Notes under the pieces: model-generated | Database searches by the model: none | What the model saw: only the letters and a program-made list of their open reading frames with translations | Told to the model about the DNA's origin: nothing | Source of the DNA: a virus | Length of the DNA: 64,000 nt | Virus record (IMG/VR): IMGVR_UViG_3300013005_003552 | Location: 64,001-128,000 of that record | Direction: 5' to 3' (one strand) | Shown here: positions 49,591 through 59,382 of the stretch, piece after piece | Layout: each line of letters opens with the position of its first letter | How positions within the stretch are numbered: position 1 is the first letter of the stretch | Made by a program: the position numbers and the translations under genes

Positions 49591-52248
49591 ATGAGTTATG
49601 TAGACGCTCTGTTTGACAGAGACAAAGACCGTATTCATGTTGTTGAGCGCAATGCCAGCGGCAGAGAGTACAGAGAATTTCCTGCAGAATATATTTTTTA
49701 CTACGACGATCCCCGTGGTAAATTTCGAACCATATACGATACTCCAGTAAGCAGATTTGCTACTCGTAACAGCAAAGAATTTCATAAAGAAATTAGAATC
49801 AACTCTGGCAAACGCATATGGGAAAGCGATATTAATCCCATTTTCCGATGTTTAGAACACAACTATTTGGGTGCCAAGTCACCCAAATTACAAACTGCGT
49901 TTTTTGACATTGAGGTAGACTTTGATCCTGTACGAGGGTTCTCCAGACCAGAGGACCCCTTTAATGCGGTGACTGCTATCAGCATTTATCTAGACTGGTT
50001 AAACAAACTGGTAACCTTGGTTGTTCCGCCCAAGAACATGAGCTGGGAGACCGCACAAGAAATTGCAACCAAATACGATAACTGTTTCTTGTTTGAACAA
50101 GAGGCAGAGTTATTAAACACTTTTCTTGACATCATCGAGGACGCTGATGTACTAAGTGGATGGAACTCCGAGGGTTTTGATATTCCGTATCTGGTCATGC
50201 GTACCACTCGTGTGCTGAGCAAAGATGATTGCCGGCGATTTTGCTTGTGGGGTCAACTGCCAAAAGAAAGACACTTTGAACGCTTTGGGGCTGAAAATTT
50301 AACTTTTGATTTAATTGGCCGTGTGCATCTTGACTATATGCAACTGTACCGCAAGTACACATATGAAGAACGCCATAGTTACAGTTTGGATGCAATTGGC
50401 GAGTATGAACTAGATGAGCGTAAGGTTGCATATGAAGGTACCTTGGATCAGCTGTACAACAAAGACTTTGAAAATTTCATCGACTACAATAGACAAGATG
50501 CCATGCTGGTGGCTAAACTAGATAAAAAATTGCGTTTCCTAGATCTAGCCAATGAACTGGCACATGACAACACTGTGCTGCTGCAAACCACCATGGGTGC
50601 AGTAGCAGTCACCGAGCAGGCTATTATCAACGAAGCACATCAACTGGGATTAATTGTGCCTAATAGGAGAAGAGATGATCAAGGAGATACGCAAGCAGCA
50701 GGTGCCTATGTTGCTTTCCCCAAAAGGGGCATGCACGACTGGGTTGGCGCCATCGACATCAACAGTCTCTACCCGTCAGCGATCCGTGCTCTTAACATGG
50801 GACCGGAAACAATTGTTGCTCAACTTAGACCGATAATGACAGATCGGCTCATTGCCGAACGCATAGCGACAGGAACTACCTTTACAGATGCATGGGAAGG
50901 TTTGTTTGGTACACTAGAGTACACGGCTGTGATGGAAAATCAACCAGGCACAGAAATTACCATTGATTGGGAGGATGGTAATACTACCTTGCACTCCGCA
51001 GCAGAAGTCTGGCGGTTGATCTTTGACTCAAATCAGCCGTGGACACTGAGCGCCAATGGTACTATCTTCACTTACGAAAAGAAGGGCATTATTCCTGGAT
51101 TGCTAGAACGCTGGTATGCAGAACGGAAAGAAATGCAGGCCAAAAAGAAAGAAGCAGACACCGACGAAGACAAAGCCTTTTGGGACAAACGACAGTTGGT
51201 TAAAAAGATTAACTTGAACAGTCTATACGGAGCTATCCTCAACCCAGGTTGTCGTTTCTTCGACAAGAGAATTGGTCAGAGCACTACTCTGACAGGAAGA
51301 ATTATTGCTAGGCACATGGATGCATATATCAATGAGTGCATCATGGGCACATACGACCATGTGGGTGATGCCATTATCTATGGAGACACTGATAGCTGTT
51401 ATTTCACAGCCTGGCCTGCTATTAAAGACGAAGTTGCCGCAGGACACATGGAATGGAGCAAGGAAACTTGTGTTCAGTTGTACGACACTATTGCAGAACA
51501 GGTTAATGCCAGCTTCCCAGGATTTATGGAACGGGCATGTCACTGTCCACGCAGCATGGGCAGTTTAATCAAAGGCGGACGAGAACTTGTAGCAGAAAAA
51601 GGTCTTTATCTTAAGAAAAAGCGTTATGCTGTGCTAATTTTTGACATGGAGGGCAACAGGTTAGACACTCATGGCAAACCAGGCAAGGTCAAAGCCACTG
51701 GTCTAGATCTCAAACGCAGCGATACCCCCAAAATAGTTCAAGATTTTCTTAGCAGTCTGCTGTTGGATGTGCTGACAGGTTGTAACAAAGAACATGTGTA
51801 TGACAAAGTGCGGGAATTCAAATACTCCTTTCAAGATCGTCCTGCCTGGGAAAAAGGTACCCCCAAGCGTGTTAACAATTTAACAAAATACACAAGAGAC
51901 GAAGAAAGGTTAGGCAAGGCTAACATGCCAGGACATGTTCGAGCTGCCATGAACTGGAATAATCTGCGACGCATGCATAGCGACAATTACAGTATGTCAA
52001 TCGTGGATGGTATGAAAACCATTGTGTGCAAGCTCAAAGACAATCCTTTAGGATTTACCAGTGTTGGTTATCCAACTGATGAATTACATATCCCAGCATG
52101 GTTCAAAGAACTTCCATTTGATGATGCATTAATGGAAACTACCATTGTGGATCAAAAAGTAGAAAACTTACTGGGTGTGTTGAACTGGAAGATTCCTGAA
52201 AACACAGAAATCAGCACCACATTTGAAGCATTGTTTACATTCGAATAA
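49591..52248 (+). CDS. polB: Family B DNA polymerase with 3'-5' exonuclease
   Basis: Exonuclease motifs FDIE, GWNSEGFD and YNRQD. Polymerase motifs DINSLYPS, KINLNSLYG, YGDTDS and KKRY. No intein. Confidence 0.97.
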   Translation: MSYVDALFDRDKDRIHVVERNASGREYREFPAEYIFYYDDPRGKFRTIYDTPVSRFATRNSKEFHKEIRINSGKRIWESDINPIFRCLEHNYLGAKSPKLQTAFFDIEVDFDPVRGFSRPEDPFNAVTAISIYLDWLNKLVTLVVPPKNMSWETAQEIATKYDNCFLFEQEAELLNTFLDIIEDADVLSGWNSEGFDIPYLVMRTTRVLSKDDCRRFCLWGQLPKERHFERFGAENLTFDLIGRVHLDYMQLYRKYTYEERHSYSLDAIGEYELDERKVAYEGTLDQLYNKDFENFIDYNRQDAMLVAKLDKKLRFLDLANELAHDNTVLLQTTMGAVAVTEQAIINEAHQLGLIVPNRRRDDQGDTQAAGAYVAFPKRGMHDWVGAIDINSLYPSAIRALNMGPETIVAQLRPIMTDRLIAERIATGTTFTDAWEGLFGTLEYTAVMENQPGTEITIDWEDGNTTLHSAAEVWRLIFDSNQPWTLSANGTIFTYEKKGIIPGLLERWYAERKEMQAKKKEADTDEDKAFWDKRQLVKKINLNSLYGAILNPGCRFFDKRIGQSTTLTGRIIARHMDAYINECIMGTYDHVGDAIIYGDTDSCYFTAWPAIKDEVAAGHMEWSKETCVQLYDTIAEQVNASFPGFMERACHCPRSMGSLIKGGRELVAEKGLYLKKKRYAVLIFDMEGNRLDTHGKPGKVKATGLDLKRSDTPKIVQDFLSSLLLDVLTGCNKEHVYDKVREFKYSFQDRPAWEKGTPKRVNNLTKYTRDEERLGKANMPGHVRAAMNWNNLRRMHSDNYSMSIVDGMKTIVCKLKDNPLGFTSVGYPTDELHIPAWFKELPFDDALMETTIVDQKVENLLGVLNWKIPENTEISTTFEALFTFE

Positions 52249-52249
52249 C

Positions 52250-53215
52250 ATGACACATGATCAACTGAGTAGATTTCCAAGGTTGGCAGAACTACGCAAT
52301 CTACTGAAAAACTTTGGCAACGCAACTGATATTACGCCACAAATACAAAAAACTCAAGAGCTCATGGCACTGTTGCCTGATGTGGACCAATTGGTTGAAA
52401 AAGAGTTAGATAGTCTAGCACAGTGCAAAGATCTGCTGTTTGCTGGCCACACACGATTGATGGATCTTAAACAGCAGGTAGAAAATGAATACCAACAGAT
52501 CTTGGACCATGTGAGTGATTGTGTATGGTTCAAACAACATCTTGAGATTGCAGATCATCAACGAGATAAATGGCTGTGCAATCCTAATCAAGTTCAAGAT
52601 TTGTTGTTGGTATGGAGTCGCACCAACGACGCATGGAAATACCCTGTGACCATGATAAATGCTCAACACGACGAAGTAATAAAAATATTAATCAGTTACT
52701 ATCTGTTGTACATGGTTGACACAGATAGAGATCTATTAATTAAAAAATACAACAGCATCGAGAACAGTGTGCAACCTAGAGTAAAATTTCACACAGTACC
52801 AAGTTGGAATGATTTAGATTGGGCTACTAAACTTGGTTACAACGAACATCAAATGCACTGGGGCGTGCCTATGGGACAAATGGGTCTTGTGGTGGTGTGG
52901 AATCTATTTGAAAGATTCAATTTGTATGCAGCTGAAAATTTCTTAACTCAGGTAAAACCACTGTTACGACCTGGAGGACAAGTTTTTTTCAACATGTTTG
53001 ATGCTGACAGTAGTAACGCTGCTGCCTTCATCAGTGATGGCAAAATTGGAGGCATGAACAGAGCACAAATAGATGCTCTGGCTCTCAAACTAGGAATGGA
53101 AATATCTATGTGGGTCAATCGCGGATCTGACTTGATTTCAGTGTCACTGAGTGTGCCCGGTGTTTTACAATCTGACAAAACTAAATGGCCAATGGGCATA
53201 GTAAAAAAGTCCTAG
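52250..53215 (+). CDS. Hypothetical protein with degenerate class I methyltransferase-like C-terminal domain
   Basis: N-terminal coiled coil. GQMGLVVVWNLFE...FLTQVKPLLRPGGQVFFN. Confidence 0.55.
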   Translation: MTHDQLSRFPRLAELRNLLKNFGNATDITPQIQKTQELMALLPDVDQLVEKELDSLAQCKDLLFAGHTRLMDLKQQVENEYQQILDHVSDCVWFKQHLEIADHQRDKWLCNPNQVQDLLLVWSRTNDAWKYPVTMINAQHDEVIKILISYYLLYMVDTDRDLLIKKYNSIENSVQPRVKFHTVPSWNDLDWATKLGYNEHQMHWGVPMGQMGLVVVWNLFERFNLYAAENFLTQVKPLLRPGGQVFFNMFDADSSNAAAFISDGKIGGMNRAQIDALALKLGMEISMWVNRGSDLISVSLSVPGVLQSDKTKWPMGIVKKS

Positions 53216-53220
53216 TACTG

Positions 53221-53249
53221 TTGACGATCTAAATAGATCATGTTACAAT
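53221..53249 (+). promoter_or_regulatory. sigma70 promoter with nested TAAATA late motif
   Basis: TTGACG, 17 nt spacer region containing GATCTAAATAGATC, then TACAAT. Confidence 0.7.
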
Positions 53250-53271
53250 CAATTAACTCAAAGGAGAATCT

Positions 53272-54000
53272 ATGAAAGACTACTTACACGACATCGTGCA
53301 ACACACGCACAGCCTTGGTATTATTGACCTAGTGAAGATTACTGGCAATGACCAAGAAACCTGTATTGACAGTATCGCCGAAGATCGCAGTGTGATCGTA
53401 CAAGCCAAATTCAAGAACCCAGTTCCTGAATTTGTTGGAGTATTTGGCATGCCCAATCTTGGCAAACTAAACACTATCCTTAACATTCCTGAATACAAAG
53501 AAGATGCAAAACTGACCATACTAAGCCAAGATCGTAACGGCAATCAGGTACCAGTTGGTATCCACTTTGAAAACAAAAATGGCGACTTCAAAAACGAGTA
53601 TCGTTTTATGGCCAGCGAAATCATTAGCGACAAATTAAAAAGCGTGAAGATGAAACAGGTCAAATGGAATGTGGAATTCAATCCCACTGTGTCTAATATT
53701 CAAAGACTCAAGTTCCAGGCCAGTGCCAACAGTGAAGAGCCCACATTCATTGCTAAAACCGACAATGGAAAACTAAAGTTTTTCTTTGGGGATCACAGCA
53801 GTCATGCAGGAGATTTTGTTTTTCAAGATGGTGTAGGTACACTGAGCAAGCCTTGGAACTGGCCAGTGAATGCAGTGATTGGCATCCTGGGCTTGGCGGG
53901 TGACAAGAGTATGAAGATCAGTGATGAAGGTGTTATGCAGATCACTGTTGATTCAGGTATTGCAGAATACAACTATCTCTTACCAGCACAACAAAAATGA
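53272..54000 (+). CDS. Probable DNA sliding clamp (gp45/PCNA-like)
   Basis: 242 aa with a two-domain alpha/beta pattern. Ends in QITVDSGIAEYNYLLP. Located near polB, and a clamp loader is encoded in the window. Confidence 0.6.
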   Translation: MKDYLHDIVQHTHSLGIIDLVKITGNDQETCIDSIAEDRSVIVQAKFKNPVPEFVGVFGMPNLGKLNTILNIPEYKEDAKLTILSQDRNGNQVPVGIHFENKNGDFKNEYRFMASEIISDKLKSVKMKQVKWNVEFNPTVSNIQRLKFQASANSEEPTFIAKTDNGKLKFFFGDHSSHAGDFVFQDGVGTLSKPWNWPVNAVIGILGLAGDKSMKISDEGVMQITVDSGIAEYNYLLPAQQK

Positions 54001-54353
54001 TAACCAGTCTTACAGGCACCGCTGGAGTGACAATATACGGAGGATTAAGTCCTCCGTATATTAACATGACACAGCCCAGCGCAGGTATGGTGCGCTACAA
54101 TGGTTCCAGTCAGCTCATGGAGGTGTACGATGGTACTGTTTGGTTACAGATGGGAAGTCATCCTACCATACAACTGGATGCCCGTGTGCAAGAAATATTG
54201 TACTGGGCAGAAAAGAAAATGCGTGAGGATCAAGAACTAGAAAAGCGCATGGAGCAGCATCCGGGTCTTAGAGATGCCTATGAAAAATTCAAGGTAATGG
54301 ATGTTCTCACACAAGAGAATGATAATAAAAAAGGAATCTATACCCGTGCTTGA
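53997..54353 (+). CDS. Hypothetical protein
   Basis: GMVRYNGSSQLMEVYDG..W and HPGLRDAYEKF. ATGA overlap. Confidence 0.65.
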   Translation: MITSLTGTAGVTIYGGLSPPYINMTQPSAGMVRYNGSSQLMEVYDGTVWLQMGSHPTIQLDARVQEILYWAEKKMREDQELEKRMEQHPGLRDAYEKFKVMDVLTQENDNKKGIYTRA

Positions 54354-55938
54354 ACAAGACAATCTAACTGCCAAGCAAAGCGACTATGCTGTGTTCTTGC
54401 CGGCTATTTCAGGATTCTATGCAACCTTTATAGGAAAACAGCGTGTTAACAATGACTATGTTGATCCTGCTCGTATGCCTGCGGGCATGCAGGACATGGA
54501 ACAGATGAACTGGTTGAACAGCCAAAAAAGTTTGTTTCCTTATCGGTGGAGTCTTTATTCAGGCGGTCACGCTAATCTCAATCTTGACAAGGATGATGCC
54601 AGCGAAGACATGGTTCGCAAGCGTGAGCCAGGTACATTCATGCTTGGTGACTCTGGTGGATTCCAGATTGCCAAAGGCCTATGGGAAGGTGACTGGAAGG
54701 CCAATTCGGGTTGTGCCAAAGCACAAAAGAAGCGAGACGCAATTCTCAAATGGCTCGACGGTATCGCTGACTATGGCATGATCCTAGATATTCCAACCTG
54801 GGTCATTCACGACAAGAAGGCCAGTGCAGCCTGTCAGATTACCACGCTGGAAGAAGCAGTAGACGCTACCAAGTTCAATAATGATTATTTCATGCAGCAC
54901 AGAAAAGGCAAACGCAATGGTGGTGCCAAGTTCTTGAATGTGCTACAAGGTGACAATCATGCCAGTGCCGAAGAATGGTACCAGATCATGAAACACTACT
55001 GTGATCCTGTTCAGTATCCCGACACGCATTTTGACGGGTGGGCCATGGGCGGACAGAACATGTGTGATGTGCATCTTGTGCTCAGACGCTTGGTGGCTTT
55101 GCGACATGACAATTTACTACAAGAAGGTGTGCATGACTGGATGCATTTCTTGGGTACCAGTAAACTTGAATGGGCACTGTTACTCACTGACATACAAAGA
55201 GCAATTAGAAAATATGTTAACCCTGCTTTTACCATTAGTTTTGATTGTGCAAGCCCGTTTCTTGCCACTGCCAACGGGCAGATGTATCATCAGATAGATT
55301 TGCCGCATAATGACAAATGGTGTTATCGCATGGGGCCCAGCGCAGACGATAAAAAGTATGCTCTGGACACCAGACCGTTCAAGGATGTGGTTCTAGCAGA
55401 CAAGGTGTTCAATCACTTTGACGAAAGTCCTATCAGTCAACATCTTCAGATCAAGGATGTGTGCATATACAAACCCGGCGATTTGAACAAAATTGGCAAG
55501 GAAGGCAAGACCTCATGGGACAGTTTCAGCTATGCACTCATGATGGGTCATAATGTTTGGATGCACATTGAAGCTGTGCAGAGAGCCAATCGTGAATATG
55601 ATTCAGGCACTTGGCCCAACATGCTGTGGAATCAAGGCACCAAAGGTCGTACTGGCGATCATGCAAAATTTAGAGACATTGTTGATGCTATATTTGCTAC
55701 CAGTGACAAACAAGAAAGTTTAGACATTATCGAGCACTACAGTAGATATTGGATGGATATCATTGGCACTCGCGGTTTCAAAGGCGACAAAACCATGAAT
55801 GCTCATAGTCAATTTAATTCACTGTTTGAATTTGTAGAACCAGAGGCTGAGGAGACCGAACGCGATGAGAAAATGGCAGAAGATGCAGCAGAAGATCGAC
55901 TTGAACAACTTGCAAGAATCGAACGAGGAGGAGACTGA
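54346..55938 (+). CDS. TGT-fold guanine transglycosylase, DpdA-like (7-deazaguanine insertion); start uncertain (54301-54346)
   Basis: TGT motifs in order: LGDSGGFQ, MILDIP, NVLQG, GWAMGG, HFLG, SFDCAS. Lacks the CxCxxC zinc site of tRNA TGTs. QueD-like and FolE genes lie nearby. Confidence 0.8.
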   Translation: MLEQDNLTAKQSDYAVFLPAISGFYATFIGKQRVNNDYVDPARMPAGMQDMEQMNWLNSQKSLFPYRWSLYSGGHANLNLDKDDASEDMVRKREPGTFMLGDSGGFQIAKGLWEGDWKANSGCAKAQKKRDAILKWLDGIADYGMILDIPTWVIHDKKASAACQITTLEEAVDATKFNNDYFMQHRKGKRNGGAKFLNVLQGDNHASAEEWYQIMKHYCDPVQYPDTHFDGWAMGGQNMCDVHLVLRRLVALRHDNLLQEGVHDWMHFLGTSKLEWALLLTDIQRAIRKYVNPAFTISFDCASPFLATANGQMYHQIDLPHNDKWCYRMGPSADDKKYALDTRPFKDVVLADKVFNHFDESPISQHLQIKDVCIYKPGDLNKIGKEGKTSWDSFSYALMMGHNVWMHIEAVQRANREYDSGTWPNMLWNQGTKGRTGDHAKFRDIVDAIFATSDKQESLDIIEHYSRYWMDIIGTRGFKGDKTMNAHSQFNSLFEFVEPEAEETERDEKMAEDAAEDRLEQLARIERGGD

Positions 55939-55939
55939 T

Positions 55940-56113
55940 ATGGAAAGCACCAGCAATCGAGTCCGTCATTTGGAAGAAATGCATAGAGTTTTGGACTTAA
56001 AAATAACAGAAATGCAACAGCATCCACATGTGGACGAACAAAAGGTTGCAGAATATAAGAAACAGAAGTTACAATACAAGGACGAAATTTCTAGACTTAG
56101 GTGTCAAGAATAG
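55940..56113 (+). CDS. DUF465/YdcH-like small coiled-coil protein
   Basis: GGAGGAG RBS. HLEEMHRVLDLKI...KKQKLQYKDEI. Confidence 0.7.
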   Translation: MESTSNRVRHLEEMHRVLDLKITEMQQHPHVDEQKVAEYKKQKLQYKDEISRLRCQE

Positions 56114-56147
56114 AAACAACAACACAAACAATTGTCCGAGGACTACA

Positions 56148-56471
56148 ATGATCACTAAAGGTTTTTACAAGTGGCTGGCCCAAAAAATTTCTTCTGCACA
56201 AGAGGACAACCAAGACGAGCTGCGGCATAATCTATCAAAGTTTGGACAAGGCATTCCGGCAGGGCATACCAGAGTGTATGATGAGGTGGATGCCACTTTG
56301 GATTTGCACTTCCGCATGAGCAAAGCCGAAAACGGTTATGTAATGTCAGTTAGACACACTGATCGTAAAACTGAAAGATCAAATAATACACTGTATTTGA
56401 TAGCAGATCATGAAGATCTTGGTCAAAGTATTTCTCATATAATCACTGTTGAAAGTTTGAAAATCAAATGA
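56148..56471 (+). CDS. Hypothetical protein
   Basis: GAGGA RBS before ATG 56148. Confidence 0.6.
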   Translation: MITKGFYKWLAQKISSAQEDNQDELRHNLSKFGQGIPAGHTRVYDEVDATLDLHFRMSKAENGYVMSVRHTDRKTERSNNTLYLIADHEDLGQSISHIITVESLKIK

Positions 56472-56983
56472 ATCGTCAAGGACATGAAACTGTGAAATTC
56501 TTTGTTGGCCAAGAAGTTGAGCACTCGCCTGCTTACGGCATGCGCACACTGTTTGTGATTGGTTTGCAAAACCCAACTGATATAATTGGATGGGCTCAGC
56601 AGTGTGAATGTCAGCACATCTATTTTGGTGCCAATCAAACTTTTCCCAATCCTGGCATCAATGACAGTGACACATGGCGACCTTGGGAAAACATGATCAA
56701 GGCTGCACTGGACTCTGGTGCATGGTGTACGCTGGATCTTGATGTGAGTGCAGTCGAAGCCTTGCACGAAAGTGGCTTGTGCGAATATGCTAGATTCATT
56801 CCCATGATCAGTGTTAAACTGCCCTACATTAGTTTGCTCAATTACAATACCACAATTAAACTAGATGACCGAGACTTTGAATCAACCAACCCTGGCGTGT
56901 GGTGCCATAGTCTACATGATTTGAAAAATCGTGCAGTGTTCACTGACTGGTCTAAATATTCTCAAGATGAGGTGATAACATGA
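56468..56983 (+). CDS. Hypothetical enzyme-like protein in the deazaguanine cluster
   Basis: FFVGQEVEHSPAYG.RTLFVIG, HIYFGANQTF, KLDDRDF..TNPGVWCH, FTDW. Confidence 0.7.
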   Translation: MNRQGHETVKFFVGQEVEHSPAYGMRTLFVIGLQNPTDIIGWAQQCECQHIYFGANQTFPNPGINDSDTWRPWENMIKAALDSGAWCTLDLDVSAVEALHESGLCEYARFIPMISVKLPYISLLNYNTTIKLDDRDFESTNPGVWCHSLHDLKNRAVFTDWSKYSQDEVIT

Positions 56984-57183
56984 AAGAGTTTTTAATAAGA
57001 GACGAACCTGCATTTAGATTAAAAGGGCGAATGAGCCAGTGTCTGAGCCCAGAGAATCTTTGGTGCGTGGAATTCACTGGGCAAAGTCTAAATGACAAAG
57101 GTGAAGTGGTTAATAATAGTACCTATCAGTTTTTCCTTGAGGACGCACATATACAAAACATGGTAAAAGGATTACTGTCATGA
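56980..57183 (+). CDS. Hypothetical protein
   Basis: GAGGT RBS and ATGA overlaps. Confidence 0.6.
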   Translation: MKEFLIRDEPAFRLKGRMSQCLSPENLWCVEFTGQSLNDKGEVVNNSTYQFFLEDAHIQNMVKGLLS

Positions 57184-57332
57184 CCTGCGAAACCTGTGGC
57201 AAAGACTACTCCCCAGCCTGTGACTTTCAGCAAGGTCGCTGTCCGTTGCATCCACCCATGTGGAACTTGACACCATATCATTTTCGCTATCTCACACTTG
57301 TCAACACTATCAAAGGTTGGTTTCGCTCATGA
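57180..57332 (+). CDS. 50-aa Cys-rich (putative Zn-binding) peptide (not in ORF track)
   Basis: MTCETCGKDYSPACDFQQGRCPLHPP... with ATGA overlaps on both sides. Confidence 0.6.
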   Translation: MTCETCGKDYSPACDFQQGRCPLHPPMWNLTPYHFRYLTLVNTIKGWFRS

Positions 57333-57769
57333 ATACACAAATGGACAGATCACAAACAGACATAAACAGTGAAGTTGCAGATCGCATGATATGGGTGCGT
57401 TTTGAAAAAGAGGGTATTCATAAATATCCAGCAGCACTGGAGGATCCTAAACTTGCGGATGTATCTTTTCTTGGCTTTCCTCATCGCCATATTTTTCACT
57501 TCCGGGTGTCAATCAGTGTGTTCCATAATGACAGGGACATCGAATTCATCCAGTTCAAACGATGGCTGGAGAGTCTGTATAGCGATTCCACTCTAGAACT
57601 CAATTATAAATCCTGCGAGATGATTGCAGACGACTTATATATCCAAATTAACTTGCGTTACCCCGGCAGGCATGTTATTATCTCAGTTAGCGAAGACGAC
57701 GAAAACGGTTGCGAAATTGTTTATCGAGATCCCCGCACCCCAGAAAAAACTTTTTACCATCCAGTATAA
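57329..57769 (+). CDS. QueD/PTPS-like T-fold protein
   Basis: GIHKYP...HRHIFHFRVSI...IEFIQFKR...SCEMIA...VSEDDENG parallels QueD H..., HGHxY, xDFxxLK, TxExxA, VxET. Confidence 0.7.
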   Translation: MNTQMDRSQTDINSEVADRMIWVRFEKEGIHKYPAALEDPKLADVSFLGFPHRHIFHFRVSISVFHNDRDIEFIQFKRWLESLYSDSTLELNYKSCEMIADDLYIQINLRYPGRHVIISVSEDDENGCEIVYRDPRTPEKTFYHPV

Positions 57770-57783
57770 TAGGAGAAATCAAG

Positions 57784-58092
57784 ATGGCGCACCCAAAGTG
57801 GCTTACCAAATACTTTGTTATGAAGTCCGAAGTTAATCAAATCTATGATGACTTAGAAAAATATCGTGAGTTCTGTGTTTCACACGGTCGTGTGTTCAAT
57901 GAAGCGGCACTGTACAATGAACGCGACAGAGATTTTTCTGATTTCATGCGTTTCAAAGAACGAGGATATAGCAAGAATCATTGGAACTGGGCCAACAAAG
58001 ATCCTAACGAACAGCGTAAACCCTTCAACAAAGACAACCGAGGCCCTCGTGGTTTTAACAACTATCGCTCAGGATACAATCGCAATGCGTAA
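57784..58092 (+). CDS. Hypothetical protein with N/R-rich tail
   Basis: AGGAGA RBS before ATG 57784. Confidence 0.65.
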   Translation: MAHPKWLTKYFVMKSEVNQIYDDLEKYREFCVSHGRVFNEAALYNERDRDFSDFMRFKERGYSKNHWNWANKDPNEQRKPFNKDNRGPRGFNNYRSGYNRNA

Positions 58093-59275
58093 GTTATACT
58101 ACATGGGTCTTGAAAGTTACAAAGCTCGGTACACACTACAGCTAACAGAATGGAATCGTCGTGTGTTCGAACGACGCGGACTTGATGTTAGTTATGTACC
58201 AGGACTTACTCTGGACAATGGAGAAAAGATTGTGGTTGGTCAGGTGCTGGATGCACATGGTCGCACATACTTTGGCATGAGCCAGCTGATGAATCTAGTT
58301 AGACTAATGCAGCAAGGAGAAGTAACCAGTGAAGATGTTATCTACTTTGAAGACATGTTTCAGCCCGGTATTGAGAGCTTACCTTATATTCTCAATCAAG
58401 TGCCTGCTAATCTGCGTCCTCGCATTTTTGTCCGTTGTCTTGCTCAAGCCATTGATCCTGATGACTTCGTACATGTATGGGGCATGTCTAAGTGGATGGG
58501 CTTGTATGAAAAAATGGTATGCGAACTTGTCCGGGACTCAGGAGGCGCAGTACTAGCCACCAATGAAGAAATGGTCATGCACATGAAGATTGCAGGATGG
58601 GATTGTCCTATCTACAACATTTCAGGCCTGGCCTTTGGCAAGGATGAAGTGCGTGAGCGTGTACCTGGCGAACTCAAACCATTCCTTGAACGCAGTATGC
58701 GTGTGGGCTTTGCAGCTCGCTGGGATCAAGAGAAACAGCCCAACTTTTACATGGACTTGATTGAACTCTACCATGAGCGCAATCCCGGCAACACAGTAGA
58801 GTTTGCTGTGTTCTCTGGTGCGCCATTGCGTACCAACAATGACAGCTACATGGCTCGTACACGACAAATGCAAGCCGAAGGCAAACTGACAATCTATGAA
58901 GATCTAGAAAAGAACGACTACTATGCTCTTCTTGCTGACACTCGGGTGTTGTTCAATTGTGCTTTACAAGACTGGGTTTCTAACACAGTGAGCGAAGCAG
59001 ATACTCTTGGTTGCAATGTACTTTATCCTGCTTACCGTAGTTTCCCCGAGTCCTTTGGCAATGATCACACTAGATTGTATGTGCCTTGGTCATTGAAAGA
59101 CGCTTGTAAGAAACTGGAGAAACTTTTGTACCTGGAAAGTTCTCGTATGGGCAAGATCAGTGACTGGACCAATGGCACTGTAGATCGTATTGTCGACATC
59201 ATCGAAGGCCAAGGCGAGCAATGGTTGCGCATGAGTACAGACTATCGTAAACACACTCACGAAAGTAAATTCTAA
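58085..59275 (+). CDS. GT-B fold (GT4-like) glycosyltransferase
   Basis: VGFAARWDQEKQP...LEKNDYYALLADTRVLFNCALQDWVSNTVSEADTLGCNVLYPAYRSFPE. Confidence 0.8.
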   Translation: MRKLYYMGLESYKARYTLQLTEWNRRVFERRGLDVSYVPGLTLDNGEKIVVGQVLDAHGRTYFGMSQLMNLVRLMQQGEVTSEDVIYFEDMFQPGIESLPYILNQVPANLRPRIFVRCLAQAIDPDDFVHVWGMSKWMGLYEKMVCELVRDSGGAVLATNEEMVMHMKIAGWDCPIYNISGLAFGKDEVRERVPGELKPFLERSMRVGFAARWDQEKQPNFYMDLIELYHERNPGNTVEFAVFSGAPLRTNNDSYMARTRQMQAEGKLTIYEDLEKNDYYALLADTRVLFNCALQDWVSNTVSEADTLGCNVLYPAYRSFPESFGNDHTRLYVPWSLKDACKKLEKLLYLESSRMGKISDWTNGTVDRIVDIIEGQGEQWLRMSTDYRKHTHESKF

Positions 59276-59277
59276 TT

Positions 59278-59382
59278 ATGATTTATGTCATTGGAATCCT
59301 TTTGGTGGTCGCCATGTACTTTTTCATCTGCATGGTAGACAGCGAAACCAAACATCACGACCAGGATTCCAATGGACTTTGA
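59278..59382 (+). CDS. 34-aa membrane peptide (not in ORF track)
   Basis: MIYVIGILLVVAMYFFICMVDSETKHHDQDSNGL fills the gap. Weak RBS. Confidence 0.4.
   Translation: MIYVIGILLVVAMYFFICMVDSETKHHDQDSNGL

Noticed and set aside
54346-55938. Canonical tRNA-guanine transglycosylase (tgt)
   Set aside because: It lacks the C-terminal CxCxxC/H zinc site and the TPxFMPVGT N-terminus, and it sits among DNA replication genes. A DNA-acting DpdA-like role is more plausible.
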